NCBI GenBank assembly: GCA_963693365.1
Contig: CAVNZM010000003.1
Location: 2,803,087-2,867,086 of the forward strand
DNA length: 64,000 nucleotides
Direction: 5' to 3'
DNA from: Amoebidium appalachense
Lineage: Eukaryota; Protista; Ichthyosporea
This document shows, one piece after another, positions 46,727-58,405 of the stretch (position 1 is the first letter of the stretch; every line of letters begins with the position of its first letter). The position numbers were made by a program, and so were the translations under genes. Below the pieces are notes generated by a model that searched no databases, was not told where the DNA came from, and worked only from the letters and a program-made list of their open reading frames with translations.

Positions 46727-48656
46727 ACCCACCCAAAACACACACACACATACATCGCGAACCAACACCCACCTTACTGCCAGCACCCCCTTCCTTCTCC
46801 TTCAGCTCTCTGCAGCCCACAAGTGTCAGAACCCCCTCACCCCCCACCGCCCCCCCTCCCCCTCCTCCCCACCCCCCTTGGGGAGGCACGTACACTTGCA
46901 CCACGGCCTCAACAGGGTTTGTAATTGTCAGCACCACCCGGGCATCCTTGCCGGCCTGCAGGGCTGGAAGGGTGTGCACGGTGATGTGCGGTACATGGGC
47001 CCTGCAAGCACAGTGTCAGCACAGTGGGGAGAAGGGGGGGGGGAAGAGGTCAGGCTTGGGGGGAGGGGTGAGGGTGCGGCAAGGGGGGGGGGGGGGGGGG
47101 GGTTACATGGCCAGGACGCAGTGTTTGAGTTTTGTGGCTGCTGGGCTCTTGCCGTACATGACCAGGCCACTGTCACACTGTGCACACCGCAGACACAGAC
47201 GGGCACACAGTTGCCGCCGCTGGGGATACAGCGCCCTGCAGACACGGTCAGAGGCAGGTGCAGCATGCACGGCCAACATGCACAACACAGGTACACACAC
47301 AGGCATGCACGGCCAACATGCACAACACAGGTACACACACAGGCATGCACGGCCAACATGCACAACACAGGTACACACACAGGCATGCACGGCCAACATG
47401 CACAACACAGGTACACACACAGGCATGCACGGCCAACATGCACAACACAGGTGCACACACAGGCATGCACGGCCAACATGCACAACACAGGTACACACAC
47501 AGGCATGCACGGCCAACATGCACAACACAGGTACACACACAGGCATGCACGGCCAACATGCACAACACAGGTACACACACAGGCATGCACGGCCAACATG
47601 CACAACACAGGTACACACACAGGCATGCACGGCCAACATGCACAACACAGGTACACACACAGGCATGCACGGCCAACATGCACAACACAGGTACACACAC
47701 AGGCATGCACGGCCAACATGCACAACACAGGTACACACACAGGCATGCACGGCCAACATGCACAACACAGGTACACACACAGGCATGCACGGCCAACATG
47801 CACAACACAGGTACACACACAGGCATGCACGGCCAACATGCACAACACAGGTACACACACAGGCATGCACGGCCAACATGCACAACACAGGTACACACAC
47901 AGGCATGCACGGCCAACATGCACAACACAGGTACACACACAGGCATGCACGGCCAACATGCACAACACAGGTACACACACAGGCATGCACAGCCAACATG
48001 CACAACACAGGTACACACACAGGCATGCACGGCCAACACGGTGCTTATACAAGAAACATAAATACACTTGTGGTACACAATACACACAAACACGTACACC
48101 ACACAAAGCAGGTGAACAGACAAAACGGAAAGACAAACACAGAGACAAAACACGTACATGTACTCAAAAAATGCCCACTCACACAAAACATGCATACACA
48201 CGAAACAACTACACACACACAACAAGCATATACGCCCATGATCGGCCCAACATTTACACACACAACATGGAAAGAAACCCGCCACCCACCCCTTTCTGCT
48301 GGCCAAGTTTATGCGCTGTTCCCTCGCGTGCTCGGCCGTGTATCCTGTGCCCTGAATTAGCGCCCAGCAAAGCCTCCCCCTCTTCCCCCTCCCCCCCAAA
48401 CACACATACACACGCACGCACGCGCACACGCACACGCACACGCACGCACACACACACACACACACACACATACACACACACACACCGTCCCAGTCCTCAC
48501 TGTCGCTGCCTCCATCCTCCACTGCTGCCACCAAGCCATCTGCTCCATAAACGCCCCGTCAGCATGCCCCCCCCCCTCTCTCTCCGCCCCCTCCCCCCAC
48601 ATGCCCCTGCCTCCCTCCCTCCCTTCCCCCCCCCCCCCCCCCCTCCCCCCAAGCCA

Positions 48657-48700
<44 letters not shown>

Positions 48701-49041
48701 ACCAGCACGTACCAGGGACTGCAGGCACCCTGGGTGGTTTTGGCCTCTGGGCTGCCAGTGTCTTAACCAATCGGATGCCTCCACTGCGCCGCTGCTTGCC
48801 GGCCAGCCCCAGCCTGTGTCCACACAACACATTCAGCCTCAGGCCCCATTCCTCCCCCATCATACATCCAGCCCCCCTCCTTCCCCCCCCCCTTCCCCCC
48901 CCCCACCACCACCAAACACACAAACACACAAACCCACCACCACCGCAACCAGCAAAACCTCCCGTACCCCCCCCCCCCCCCCCCCCCCTGCCGAGCAATA
49001 AACCAGACGTCCATTCCCGTCAACAGTAGAAGCACCACGTG

Positions 49042-49100
<59 letters not shown>

Positions 49101-49341
49101 AGGTCCAACTCCTAAGCACACACCTCATCCGTTCATCATCATATCCCCTCCCTCCCCTCCCTTCCCAAGCCGTCCGCCCCTTCCCCCCCCCCTCCCCCCC
49201 CCCCACACACACACACACATGCACACACACCACCCACCCACCCACCCACCCAAATCCTAAAGCACACACCTTCCCCTCACTCATCCACGATTCCACCCCC
49301 TCCCTTCGGGGGAAGCCCCCAGCCTATTTCTACGCACCCCC

Positions 49342-49377
<36 letters not shown>

Positions 49378-49538
49378 ACCTCCCCCACCCCCCCCCCCAC
49401 CCCCCCCCCCCCCACCCACCCACCCACCCACCCACCTTTCCTCCGCCTGTTGGCGCTCCACAAGCTCTACGGCCTGCCCCCTACCCGTCAGTGTAACTTC
49501 ACCCAGGCCCCCAACAAAACCCACCCACGTTTACCCCC

Positions 49539-49570
<32 letters not shown>

Positions 49571-49698
49571 CCCTCCCCCGCCCAAGCCCACGCACCTTGA
49601 AGTGGTCTGTCAGCTGGTTGGCCACCTCCACGGCATCTGCCTGGCGCTCTCTCTCCTGGCACTCAGCTGCACACACGTCAGAGCCATGCTGCTGGCAA

Positions 49699-49764
<66 letters not shown>

Positions 49765-49830
49765 ACACCCACACACATACACACCCACACACAGAGAGAG
49801 ACACACACACATACAGACACAGACACAGCA

Positions 49831-49882
<52 letters not shown>

Positions 49883-50961
49883 GGCAGCTCGTGGGGCCGT
49901 GCAGCCAGCAGGCCGACCTCAGTGCTAGCCCACCTGCATGTGCCACACACAAGATACACCCGCCTGTCCTCTCCACTGTGGTGGCTCAGTGTGCTGCGGC
50001 ACACGGGGCACACACAGCACTGCACACACCTGCCCCCCTGTCAGCCCTGCTGGGCGTGCATAGAGCAAGGCAGGGGCTGTGTGTGTTACCTGTTTGCGTT
50101 CTTTTGGGCCTCAGTCCTCTGCACGAGGGTGACCAGGCAGGTGGGGCAGTAGAGGCACTCTATCTCGCTGCGCACACACGTGTCGCAATGCAGCTGGCCA
50201 CAGAACCCCACCTGTTAAAAGGGGCTCCCTTCATCCCTCCCCCTCCCTCCCCCCACCCCCCCACCCCCCCCACCCACACACGTCCCCCCGCAAACCCCCC
50301 CCCCTCCTCCCTCCCCTCCCACTCCGGTGGTCGAAGCCATTCCCACCAACACAAAAGGCACCCACAAAACCATTCACATAACTTATATCTGCCCACCCTC
50401 TCGTGCACCCCTAAGCCCCCTAAAAAACCTTTTACCTGCCTACCCCTCCCCCCTCCCCCTCCCCCTCCCCCACCACCACCAACCCACCCCTCCCCCCTCC
50501 GCCCCCCCACCCCTCCCCCCAAACACACACAGACACAGACACATGCATATGCACACACCACACGTGCCATGCATAGCGAGAAACGTGCACTGCTCGTGTC
50601 AAGGCAGCTGAACTTCAACTCCGTCGCCAGTCCTCCTTCCTCCTCCTTCCACACACCAACTACCTTGCCCCTCCATGTCCCCCCTCTACCTCCCCAACCC
50701 TGCCCTTCCGTCTCCCTTCCCCAACCCCCCCCCCCCCCCCCCCCCCTTGCCCTCCATTGCCTCCAAAATGCAATCTCTTACCCGCCATGAGTACTGTACA
50801 CATACGTGCACACATCTTTCGGCATTCCGGGGACACGCACACATCTTTTGGCACTGCACACACGCACACACCTTTTGGCACTGCACGCACAGATACAGGC
50901 GGTCCAGGGGCAGCTGGCTGCCGCAACCACAACCGTACAGCACCGCCACAGAGTCCCCCAT
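45869..50961 (-). CDS. DCTN4: Dynactin subunit 4 (p62), multi-exon
   Basis: VLYGCGCGSQLPLDRLYLCVQCQK, CDTCVRSEIECLYCPTCL, NRCVQCCVCPVCRSTL, YLVCGTCRWASTEVG, LYPQRRQLCARLCLRCAQCDSGL, VVLTITNP; Cys spacing matches p62. Confidence 0.9.
47263..48038. repeat. Intronic minisatellite, 40-bp unit x ~19
   Basis: Unit GCATGCACGGCCAACATGCACAACACAGGTACACACACAG, almost invariant. Confidence 0.97.
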
Positions 50962-51189
50962 TCTGCCTGCAGACTCTACAAGTTGCTAGCACACTCTGCA
51001 CGTGCCTGCCTGCGCGTGCAGCCTGTGTTTATACACCTGCCAATATGCGTCGTTCCCCTTCTTTTCGTCGTTTAATGTGGCTGCGGTGATTTTTGCACAG
51101 GCAAGGTGGGCCGTTCTCAGTTGCAAACTCTGCGCTGGCAGGTCGCCGAGATAGCAGTGGACGGCTATAACGTACCCAAATACCCAAAG

Positions 51190-51340
51190 GGGGTTTACGC
51201 TGTTTACTCGAGGCAAAGAGAAACCAGTCTCAGGTATGGGGGGGGGGGGGTTTGCTCGGAATATCCCCTCAGCGGTATATCATGATCACGTACATAGATG
51301 TCGGGTGATGACTATATATCAAGGTTTACTTTCTCTACGA
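51190..51340 (+). repeat. Dispersed repeat R (~150 bp), also at 61676-61810
   Basis: Colinear match from GGGGTTTACGCTGTTTACTCGAGG to GGTTTACTTTCTCTAC. Confidence 0.88.
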
Positions 51341-51358
51341 GACGAAGACTACAAAGAG

Positions 51359-51481
51359 AAATCAATTAGTTGGGGTTCCCCGTTTTTATTATTATTATTA
51401 TTATTATTATTTTTGTTTTTTTTGTTTTTTAATTTTTTTTATTTTTTAAGGGGCTCCCCTGGGACACTCGGTATCAGCTGG

Positions 51482-51540
<59 letters not shown>

Positions 51541-52659
51541 CGCGTGCGCTAGAATTTTGTAGTGATGTGTTTCTCAAGCCAATCAATCCCGGCCATCTAG
51601 AGGTGTAATAAACAGGTCGTAGTTACGCGTGTTTAGTATAAAATCAAGGATGTTGTAATTTACAGGTAGGCTATCTTTCTGGGTGTCTGTTGTGAATGTG
51701 ACGTGTGTGTGTTGCGGTATTATGTGGTCTATCAAACTACATTTGGCGATACATAAACTGGTGTGTGTGTGTGTTGTTTGGGCATGCAAATGATGCCACC
51801 TTATACTTATTAGATCTCCACTGTATAGCACGTGTACAGTAAAAGCGTGGTAATTGATTAATAATACCATCAGCTAGAGAAAGACCAGTTCTACAGGAAG
51901 GTAATATGTATTTAGATGTTATACATTTGCGAGTGCCATATTTGGCAATATGGTTGAGGCGGTCAGTATATATAAAACGAGACATAAGGCTTAGTTTTTC
52001 AAGGTGTATGCTTTCATCGGGTCTAGTGTCGTGTGGTATCTTTTTCCATTTGTTATATTGCGTGATTATCTTGTGATTGTGTACATGTTTAATAAGTAAG
52101 TGGCAGTCCAAAGTCACACACACACTTTTGCGGGGTTTATTTGTATTTGTGCCCAGAGGAGAAGAGGAGAGAGAGGGAAGGAAAGAGGGGAGAGGGGAGG
52201 AGGGGACAGGTCGGATAGAGAAGAGAGGGTGGCCATGGGAGGGCAAATACTTCTTTAAGCGGCTTATGTGCTTATTGAATTTCAGCGCGAGATAGGATAC
52301 TCTAGCAGCTATTGGGACCAGACCATATATCGAGAGCGTTACAGGCCCAGGTTTACAACAGTTGTTAGATAGAAAGGAGGCAACTTCTGCTTCAAGGAAA
52401 TTTGCCAAGGGTTTAAGCGCTCTAGTTCTCTCTTTCTTGATTCAAGCGGCGAGAAGGGGTAAACCATATTCACATGCCAGGAAGACAAAAGTGCGAATAA
52501 ATGTAAGTCTAATAGAAGGATGGAGGGGTGTGTCTTAAAAAATATTAGCCGAGAAGAAAGCTAACCACGAGCCAACTCTACCCTCTTTTCGACCATATGG
52601 GAAAACATAACACCAACAGAATCAACCGGAACACCAAGATATTTGTGTTCTGGAACTAT
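51359..52659 (-). mobile_element. Non-LTR retrotransposon, 3' part (end of RT, C-terminal Zn finger, (CA)n-containing 3' UTR, A-rich tract)
   Basis: The RT frame resumes across the LTR insertion as IVPEHKYLGVP. A near-identical second copy lies at 62977-64000. Confidence 0.88.
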
Positions 52660-53143
52660 TGTAAACAGTTGGACTAGTTAGGATAAGGCAGAGTACAACT
52701 GAATCAAAATAAAGACAGAGAACGGGTAGAAAGGCACACGCGGCCAGGTTGCTTTTACTATGGGCCGACTCAGTCTGTCTCAGACTTCACTGATGTGATC
52801 CCCGTACTGGGACGGCTTTGTTATATAGCCCCCAGGTTTCGGATCAAGGCCCAGGATTGGTTCATCCGCGGCCAGCGCGGGTGGCAACATGCCATTCGTG
52901 ATTCTGGTGCGGTCCGAGCCAGTGAGTCAGACTTTCGTCCTATATATGCAAACCTCTTATTGGTCCACTTCGTTTATGTGGTATGCAGCAATAGAATCAT
53001 ATATGGTTCAATTCTTAGGTCAGAGTGAGTCCTATTGGTGCGGACATAATATTTATGTGATATTCATGACAAAGCACGAATCGTGTGCTAGTAGATCACA
53101 TTCTTTAATAAACATGTACAGTTCATGTGTACAGTTGTTTACA
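52660..53143 (-). repeat. 3' LTR (uninterrupted)
   Basis: Matches the split 5' LTR apart from about 3 substitutions seen by eye. Confidence 0.95.
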
Positions 53144-53154
53144 CTCCCCCCCTT
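53144..53154 (-). promoter_or_regulatory. Polypurine tract
   Basis: AAGGGGGGGAG on the - strand immediately before the 3' LTR. Confidence 0.9.
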
Positions 53155-55770
53155 GTCGGGAGCCTGGTGGTGTCGTTAGACAAGCAAACCACCAGGCTGA
53201 GAGGCGAAAAACAACCTTCAGCGAGAATTCTCGTGCGCCGACCTGCTGGGCAGAACAGAGCAAGGACGGTTGAATAGAGTTGTGCACGTCTATGAGCACT
53301 TCTTCATTTGCCAAAACGTAAATTCATGCAGCATTCTTCTGTGATTTTATTTTCGTGGCGAAGATTATTGCAGAGTGTGTGCGAATTGTTCGCTTCGTCT
53401 CTGTGCTTGGCTTTTCTGTAGAAGTAGTATTTTTCTTTTTGGGAATTTTTCCTTTTTAGGATACTCCCGCAGATTCGTTTTCAATTGCGAGTAATTTGGT
53501 TGTGTGGATGAATGATCATACCAAACATTCGATAATGAATATAATCCAAGCCTTAGGTCACTTCGTAGCTAGGTAGTGGTGGATAGCTTCAAGGCTTAGC
53601 CGCTGCTCCTTATCCCGGTTCTACCTTAAGACTGTAAGCCGAGTCACCATGGCCGGAAAAGCCACTTCTTTCATGAACAAAGAGCACTTCTTTCCTTTCA
53701 GCTTTAACCCTGCATCATCGGAGCCGGGAATAACATGAATAAAAATGCCCTAAGTGTTCTTTTGGGCGACATAAAGAAATATATCAGCCCGTCAGAACCA
53801 GTAAAAACCCGGTTCATAATTCCTAAGAAGAGGGTAGGCAAAGCAAGCCTTCTTTAGAAAACACATGCTTCCATTCGTGAGCAGTTTTCGTATCCCATTT
53901 GCCAGCCATTTTCGTTGAGCAGGGGGATTCCAGGCATAATACATTCTTCTGGAGGCTTGGCCTAAAAAGAAAAGTCGTCACAGTCGCCCTTTCTTTTGTA
54001 AGCAACTTCGTGAGCGCGCTTCGTGTTTTCATATCCTCCAGTGCAGGTCTGGATGGGGCCCCATCCTCTGCTTCATTTGTAGGTGGCCCTACTGTAGGTT
54101 CTGTTCGTTATGTGGAATACCAAAACCATTCGTATTGGTGGAACTGCTTTGTGCTGTGCTTTCTTTCGTGTTGGTGTTCATGAAGTTACCCCGTTCACAC
54201 ACCCTACTTCTTACATACATTAGATGTAAGTAGCTGCCTGGTGAGTGTGTGGTTCGTGTTCGTGGCATTCTTCTGTTCCTTCGTGAGAAGAATATTCGTT
54301 TTAGCAGAGGTGCCCAATAAGGCAGCTTGTGGGGTTGTCACCCGCATGTGCCCATTGGTGGGGTATGCACGTGCTAAATTGTTACAGTGTCATCATATTG
54401 CAAGGGAATAACATGGTCACCTCCGTACCAGGGCCTAGGTACACATGATGGTCCGATGTGTTAGTCAACAACACCTTGCATTCGTATTCGTATTCGTCTT
54501 CCACGTCACTTTCTTCAGTAGTGAAGGAGGGTATTCGAAATTCGAAACTGAAAGGCTTCCAGCCAAAATACTGACACTGTATGCTGGGGTTGTGAGGGAA
54601 CGGTGCCCATACCACATTCTTTTGTTTTCTTTATTCTGGTGGGGGTGTGCCGGCAGCAATTTTAATTTGCATGCAGGTATTCCAGGCTTTACAGCATAGT
54701 TCGTATGTTATAGTATTTGTACAGTATTGCCACACACTGGCAGTTACCTGTAAATTCGTACCCCACAGCTTCGTTTGTTTCGCATGCACGAACAAAAGTT
54801 CTGCATCGACTTTAGTACATGCCTTCTGTGCACCAAGAGTGCAAATTCGTTGGGGCATGGCATCAGGAAGGGCCATACATGAGGCATATGTTCGTAATGT
54901 GTTTAGGCATGCCAGCATACATTCATGCGCATGTTGTGCATCCTGTGCGCTAAACTATGGGGCATGCTGTATTGACAACAGCAAGAAATTCGAAGCATGC
55001 ATGCAAAACTACTTTCACAGCACCTTATGTCCTACATGCTATAGGAACAGCGACTATCTTCTTCTTTAAATGCATTCGTGCTGAAAGTGGCCGTGCATCT
55101 GGGTTGCGAGTGTGGACGTGCACGTGGTGGCATGGACACGATGACAGTGTGCAATAGCGCAATGCACGCAAGGGCAACGGTTTTCTTTTCTTCGTAACAT
55201 AGAGGGGGCCGTGTGCATTGCAACCTAAGCAGTGTTGTGCATTCGTTCTTTTCATTTTCGTGTTTCCATTTCATTTTGCTTTCGTTTTTCGTTCTTCGTC
55301 GTTTCATAACTTCGTTAAGGCTTCGTTTTATTTTCGTGTTGCGTTTATTTCGTATTTCCTCTAGGCATTCGTTTGTCGTTAATTCGTTATTTCGTTGTGT
55401 ATTCGTGATGGTTCGTTTTTCGTTGGTTCATTGCTTCGTTAGTAATTCTTTAATCGTTTGTTCGTGTATTCGTTTTTCTTCGCGTTTTTTATGTGTCGTA
55501 GTATAAGGTGGTTTTCATGCTTTCAATTCTTTCCGTGTTCTTAGAGGTGGGCTGGCCACTTCAAACTTGTCGATGTGTATGTATTCTAAGCCTGACAAAG
55601 AAAGATGTGCCTATCATCGTGGTAAAAAGGATTGTGATCGGCCATGGCAGATTCTTGGGGTAATTGAAAGATGTGAGATTCTTGAACTGATTGAAAGATG
55701 TGAGATTCGAAGGATGCGAGATTCTTGAACTGCGCGGTCGCCAATGTAAACAGTTGGCAATGTAAACGGT

Positions 55771-55788
55771 GTCCTGCCGCGGTCGCCA
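55771..55788 (-). promoter_or_regulatory. Primer-binding site, tRNA-Arg type
   Basis: TGGCGACCGCGGCAGGAC begins 1 nt after the 5' LTR. It is complementary to a tRNA 3' end GTCCTGCCGCGGTCGCCA, recalled as eukaryotic tRNA-Arg(TCG). Confidence 0.85.
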
Positions 55789-56112
55789 ATGTAAACAGTT
55801 GGACTAGTTAGGATAAGGCAGAGTACAACTGAATCAAAATAAAGACAGAGAACGGGTAGAAAGGCACACGCGGCCAGGTTGCTTTTACTATTAAGGGATA
55901 CGGGATCGCGCGGCTCGAATACTTTCTGGCGCCGCTCAGATCGATATCTATCTGGATTGAGTGGGCTTGATCTGCCTATTGGGCACCTAAGATCGTGTGG
56001 CCGAGCTATACCATGTACACACGGCATGCCACACACGTGTCCGGACAAAACTGCGCTGCACATTTTTCATGAAGGCGGGTTGTTTTCTAAATATATATGA
56101 TAGGCACTCACA

Positions 56113-56433
56113 ATGCTAACTTGCGCGGCTAACTACTGCAAAAATGACGAAGAAACAGTCTCTCCCAAAGATCCTACCAGGAAGATAAAGCTTTTTACTG
56201 TTCCATATGGATGCAAACCAAATGTATTGGCTAGGAGGCATGCTTGGTTAAATGCTATAGGCAGGCAGGAGCAAACAAAGTATGAGCGGAAACAGCTGTT
56301 TAGCAATCAGGTGCAGATGTCGATGGTAGGCACCCATTGGATGGTAGCTAAGGCTGTGGCTTTCTTGTGTAACATGCAAGAGCCACTATATAAGGATATG
56401 GTGGGGCCCAGGCACACCAAAAGCATGGTGTAG
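56113..56433 (+). pseudogene. Internally deleted THAP-domain / Harbinger-type (DDE_Tnp_4-like) transposase
   Basis: N-terminus MLTCAANYCKN..LFTVP..RRHAWLNAIGR is the first half of a THAP finger. It is fused in frame to LFSNQVQMSMV..VAKAVAFLCNMQEPL, which resembles the C-terminal helix (..VCAALCNLQPPL) of ISL2EU/Harbinger transposases. No DDE core is present. Confidence 0.72.
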
Positions 56434-56514
56434 AATTTTCGTTTTCGATTGCCTCTCCCTAAAGCCCCCTTCTCTGCTTTTTTTTTTTTTTTTTTTTTTT
56501 TTGTCTTTTTTTTC

Positions 56515-56564
<50 letters not shown>

Positions 56565-56753
56565 AAAATATGAATGAATGCTTGCATGTATGTATTCGGC
56601 CAGTAGGGCTCCACTTTTCCTGTATAGGTAAATAATAATAATAATTGAAATTATTATGTATTTGTGTGCCAAGTACAACCTTGAGTCGTTCTCCCCCCCC
56701 CCCCCCCCCCCCCTCCCCCCTTCACACACACACACAACCACGCACACACGGAA

Positions 56754-56828
<75 letters not shown>

Positions 56829-56885
56829 CGGATTTGCACACACGCACGCATGCACGCCCCCCCCCCCCCCCACACACACACGTGT

Positions 56886-56922
<37 letters not shown>

Positions 56923-57193
56923 GTAGGCACTTATGCAAACACCAAGGGGGGAGGAGGGACCGGGGGGAGGGGGGGGGGGGGGGGGGGGGGTAGGAAACAT
57001 ATGCAGGCACCAGGGTCTGGTACATTGCTCTCAGATTTGACACACGGTCTTCATTCATTCATTATAGGTTCACTAGATCGGTCAGAAGATTACTAACCCC
57101 CCCCCCCCCCACACACACACACACACACATTATGAAAGATAACGTAAACAAAAAAAAAAAAAAAAAAAAAAAAAGGAAGGAAGGAAAACAGAA

Positions 57194-58405
57194 TCATTCA
57201 GTTGCATTTTCAGTGTTCGTGTTCTTCTTCTTCTTCTTCCACTTTTTGTGGTTTTCTGCCCTGTATGATGGATACATTTGCATCATAAACTTTTCATTCC
57301 AGGTAAAACTATACTTGTGTCCAGTAGGGTCTATTTGCTGTACAAATGCACGGAGCCCTACAAGGTCAGGCTTGTATGATTGGGCCAATTCTTCTACACT
57401 TGGTCCTACTATCCGCCTCTTTTTCGTACCATCTACATATTGCATCTCTATAACCTCTTCACCCTCATCATTACGTGCCCTTTTAGTTTTCACCACGTCT
57501 GCAGTTCTGTACTCTTGCACCAACACACGTGCAGGTTTCATTAAGAGCTCAGGTTTTGCTTCTCCCTTTGGTACTTTCCATTCACATTTTTTGGCCGTAC
57601 ATATGCCCTCAGTAAACTGCCATATCTCTTTCATGGCAATTAGTGACCAAACCAGACAACTACCATGCGAGCAACCAGCACTGGGACCAATAGTACACAC
57701 ACATTTTACCTCCACTATCTCTTTCACTTTGTTATCTTTCCCCACAATGAATTTAACAACACAGAAAAAGAACCCCTTCCGAAACGAGCGTTGCACCATA
57801 CCCCGCCACCAGAAATGGCAGTCACCCTCCTCACAGCCCTCCGGAAGATCATGTTTTGGATAGCAAAAGCCAAGTGTGGTTGCATCGTGTATGTATGCGC
57901 GGGCGTGTCCCCGCTTTATCGCTTGTGGGTTGTTCCGAGCCACAAGGACCGTCCCCCCTCCCACCTTCATCGTAACCTTTTTGTGCACGAAATAGTCTTC
58001 CAAAACCTGCCGGTCACAAACGGGCATTTCCCTCTGCTGATCAGCAGGATTGTAATCCCAAATTTCCCCCCCTGCCATATTGTTAATTTCCTGCATCAAA
58101 GATTTGTTTTTTGCTTTCAGTTCTTCCGCCCGCAAGCCATCTTCATCGAGAATTTTCTCACCTGTGTGTCTATCAACCCGTCCGGTGACGTGTTTGTGCA
58201 CCCCACCTTGACCATGTTGATCCAAACGTAAAAAATTTTCAAGGGCCCCTTCGATAAATCTGTAAGCACGCAAACGCCGTGGCGATACCGACTGGGAGCC
58301 GCGGGGAATGGGCGTCAAATAGTCCACCGTGGCACCCAAGCTCGTGTATTTGGGTGCCTGTACGTGATTGGCTGGTGCAAAAAAATAATGTTTGCCTTCA
58401 CGCAT
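57194..58405 (-). CDS. Transposon accessory protein with SWIM zinc finger; probably the C-terminal half of an EXO1-SWIM fusion
   Basis: 403-aa intronless ORF. KCVCTIGPSAGCSH (CxC-x7-CxH) is followed by CTAKKCEWKVP. Overlaps the EXO1-like ORF in the -1 frame. Confidence 0.8.
   Translation of the reverse strand: MREGKHYFFAPANHVQAPKYTSLGATVDYLTPIPRGSQSVSPRRLRAYRFIEGALENFLRLDQHGQGGVHKHVTGRVDRHTGEKILDEDGLRAEELKAKNKSLMQEINNMAGGEIWDYNPADQQREMPVCDRQVLEDYFVHKKVTMKVGGGTVLVARNNPQAIKRGHARAYIHDATTLGFCYPKHDLPEGCEEGDCHFWWRGMVQRSFRKGFFFCVVKFIVGKDNKVKEIVEVKCVCTIGPSAGCSHGSCLVWSLIAMKEIWQFTEGICTAKKCEWKVPKGEAKPELLMKPARVLVQEYRTADVVKTKRARNDEGEEVIEMQYVDGTKKRRIVGPSVEELAQSYKPDLVGLRAFVQQIDPTGHKYSFTWNEKFMMQMYPSYRAENHKKWKKKKKNTNTENATE

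Noticed and set aside
46432-49001. Long ORFs of 400-700 aa and the many HTHT/CVCV/poly-Pro ORFs in the track
   Set aside because: Artefacts of stop-free minisatellites, (CA)n and poly-C tracts within introns.
55771-55788. tRNA gene
   Set aside because: Only 18 nt of a tRNA 3' end including CCA, adjacent to an LTR: a primer-binding site.
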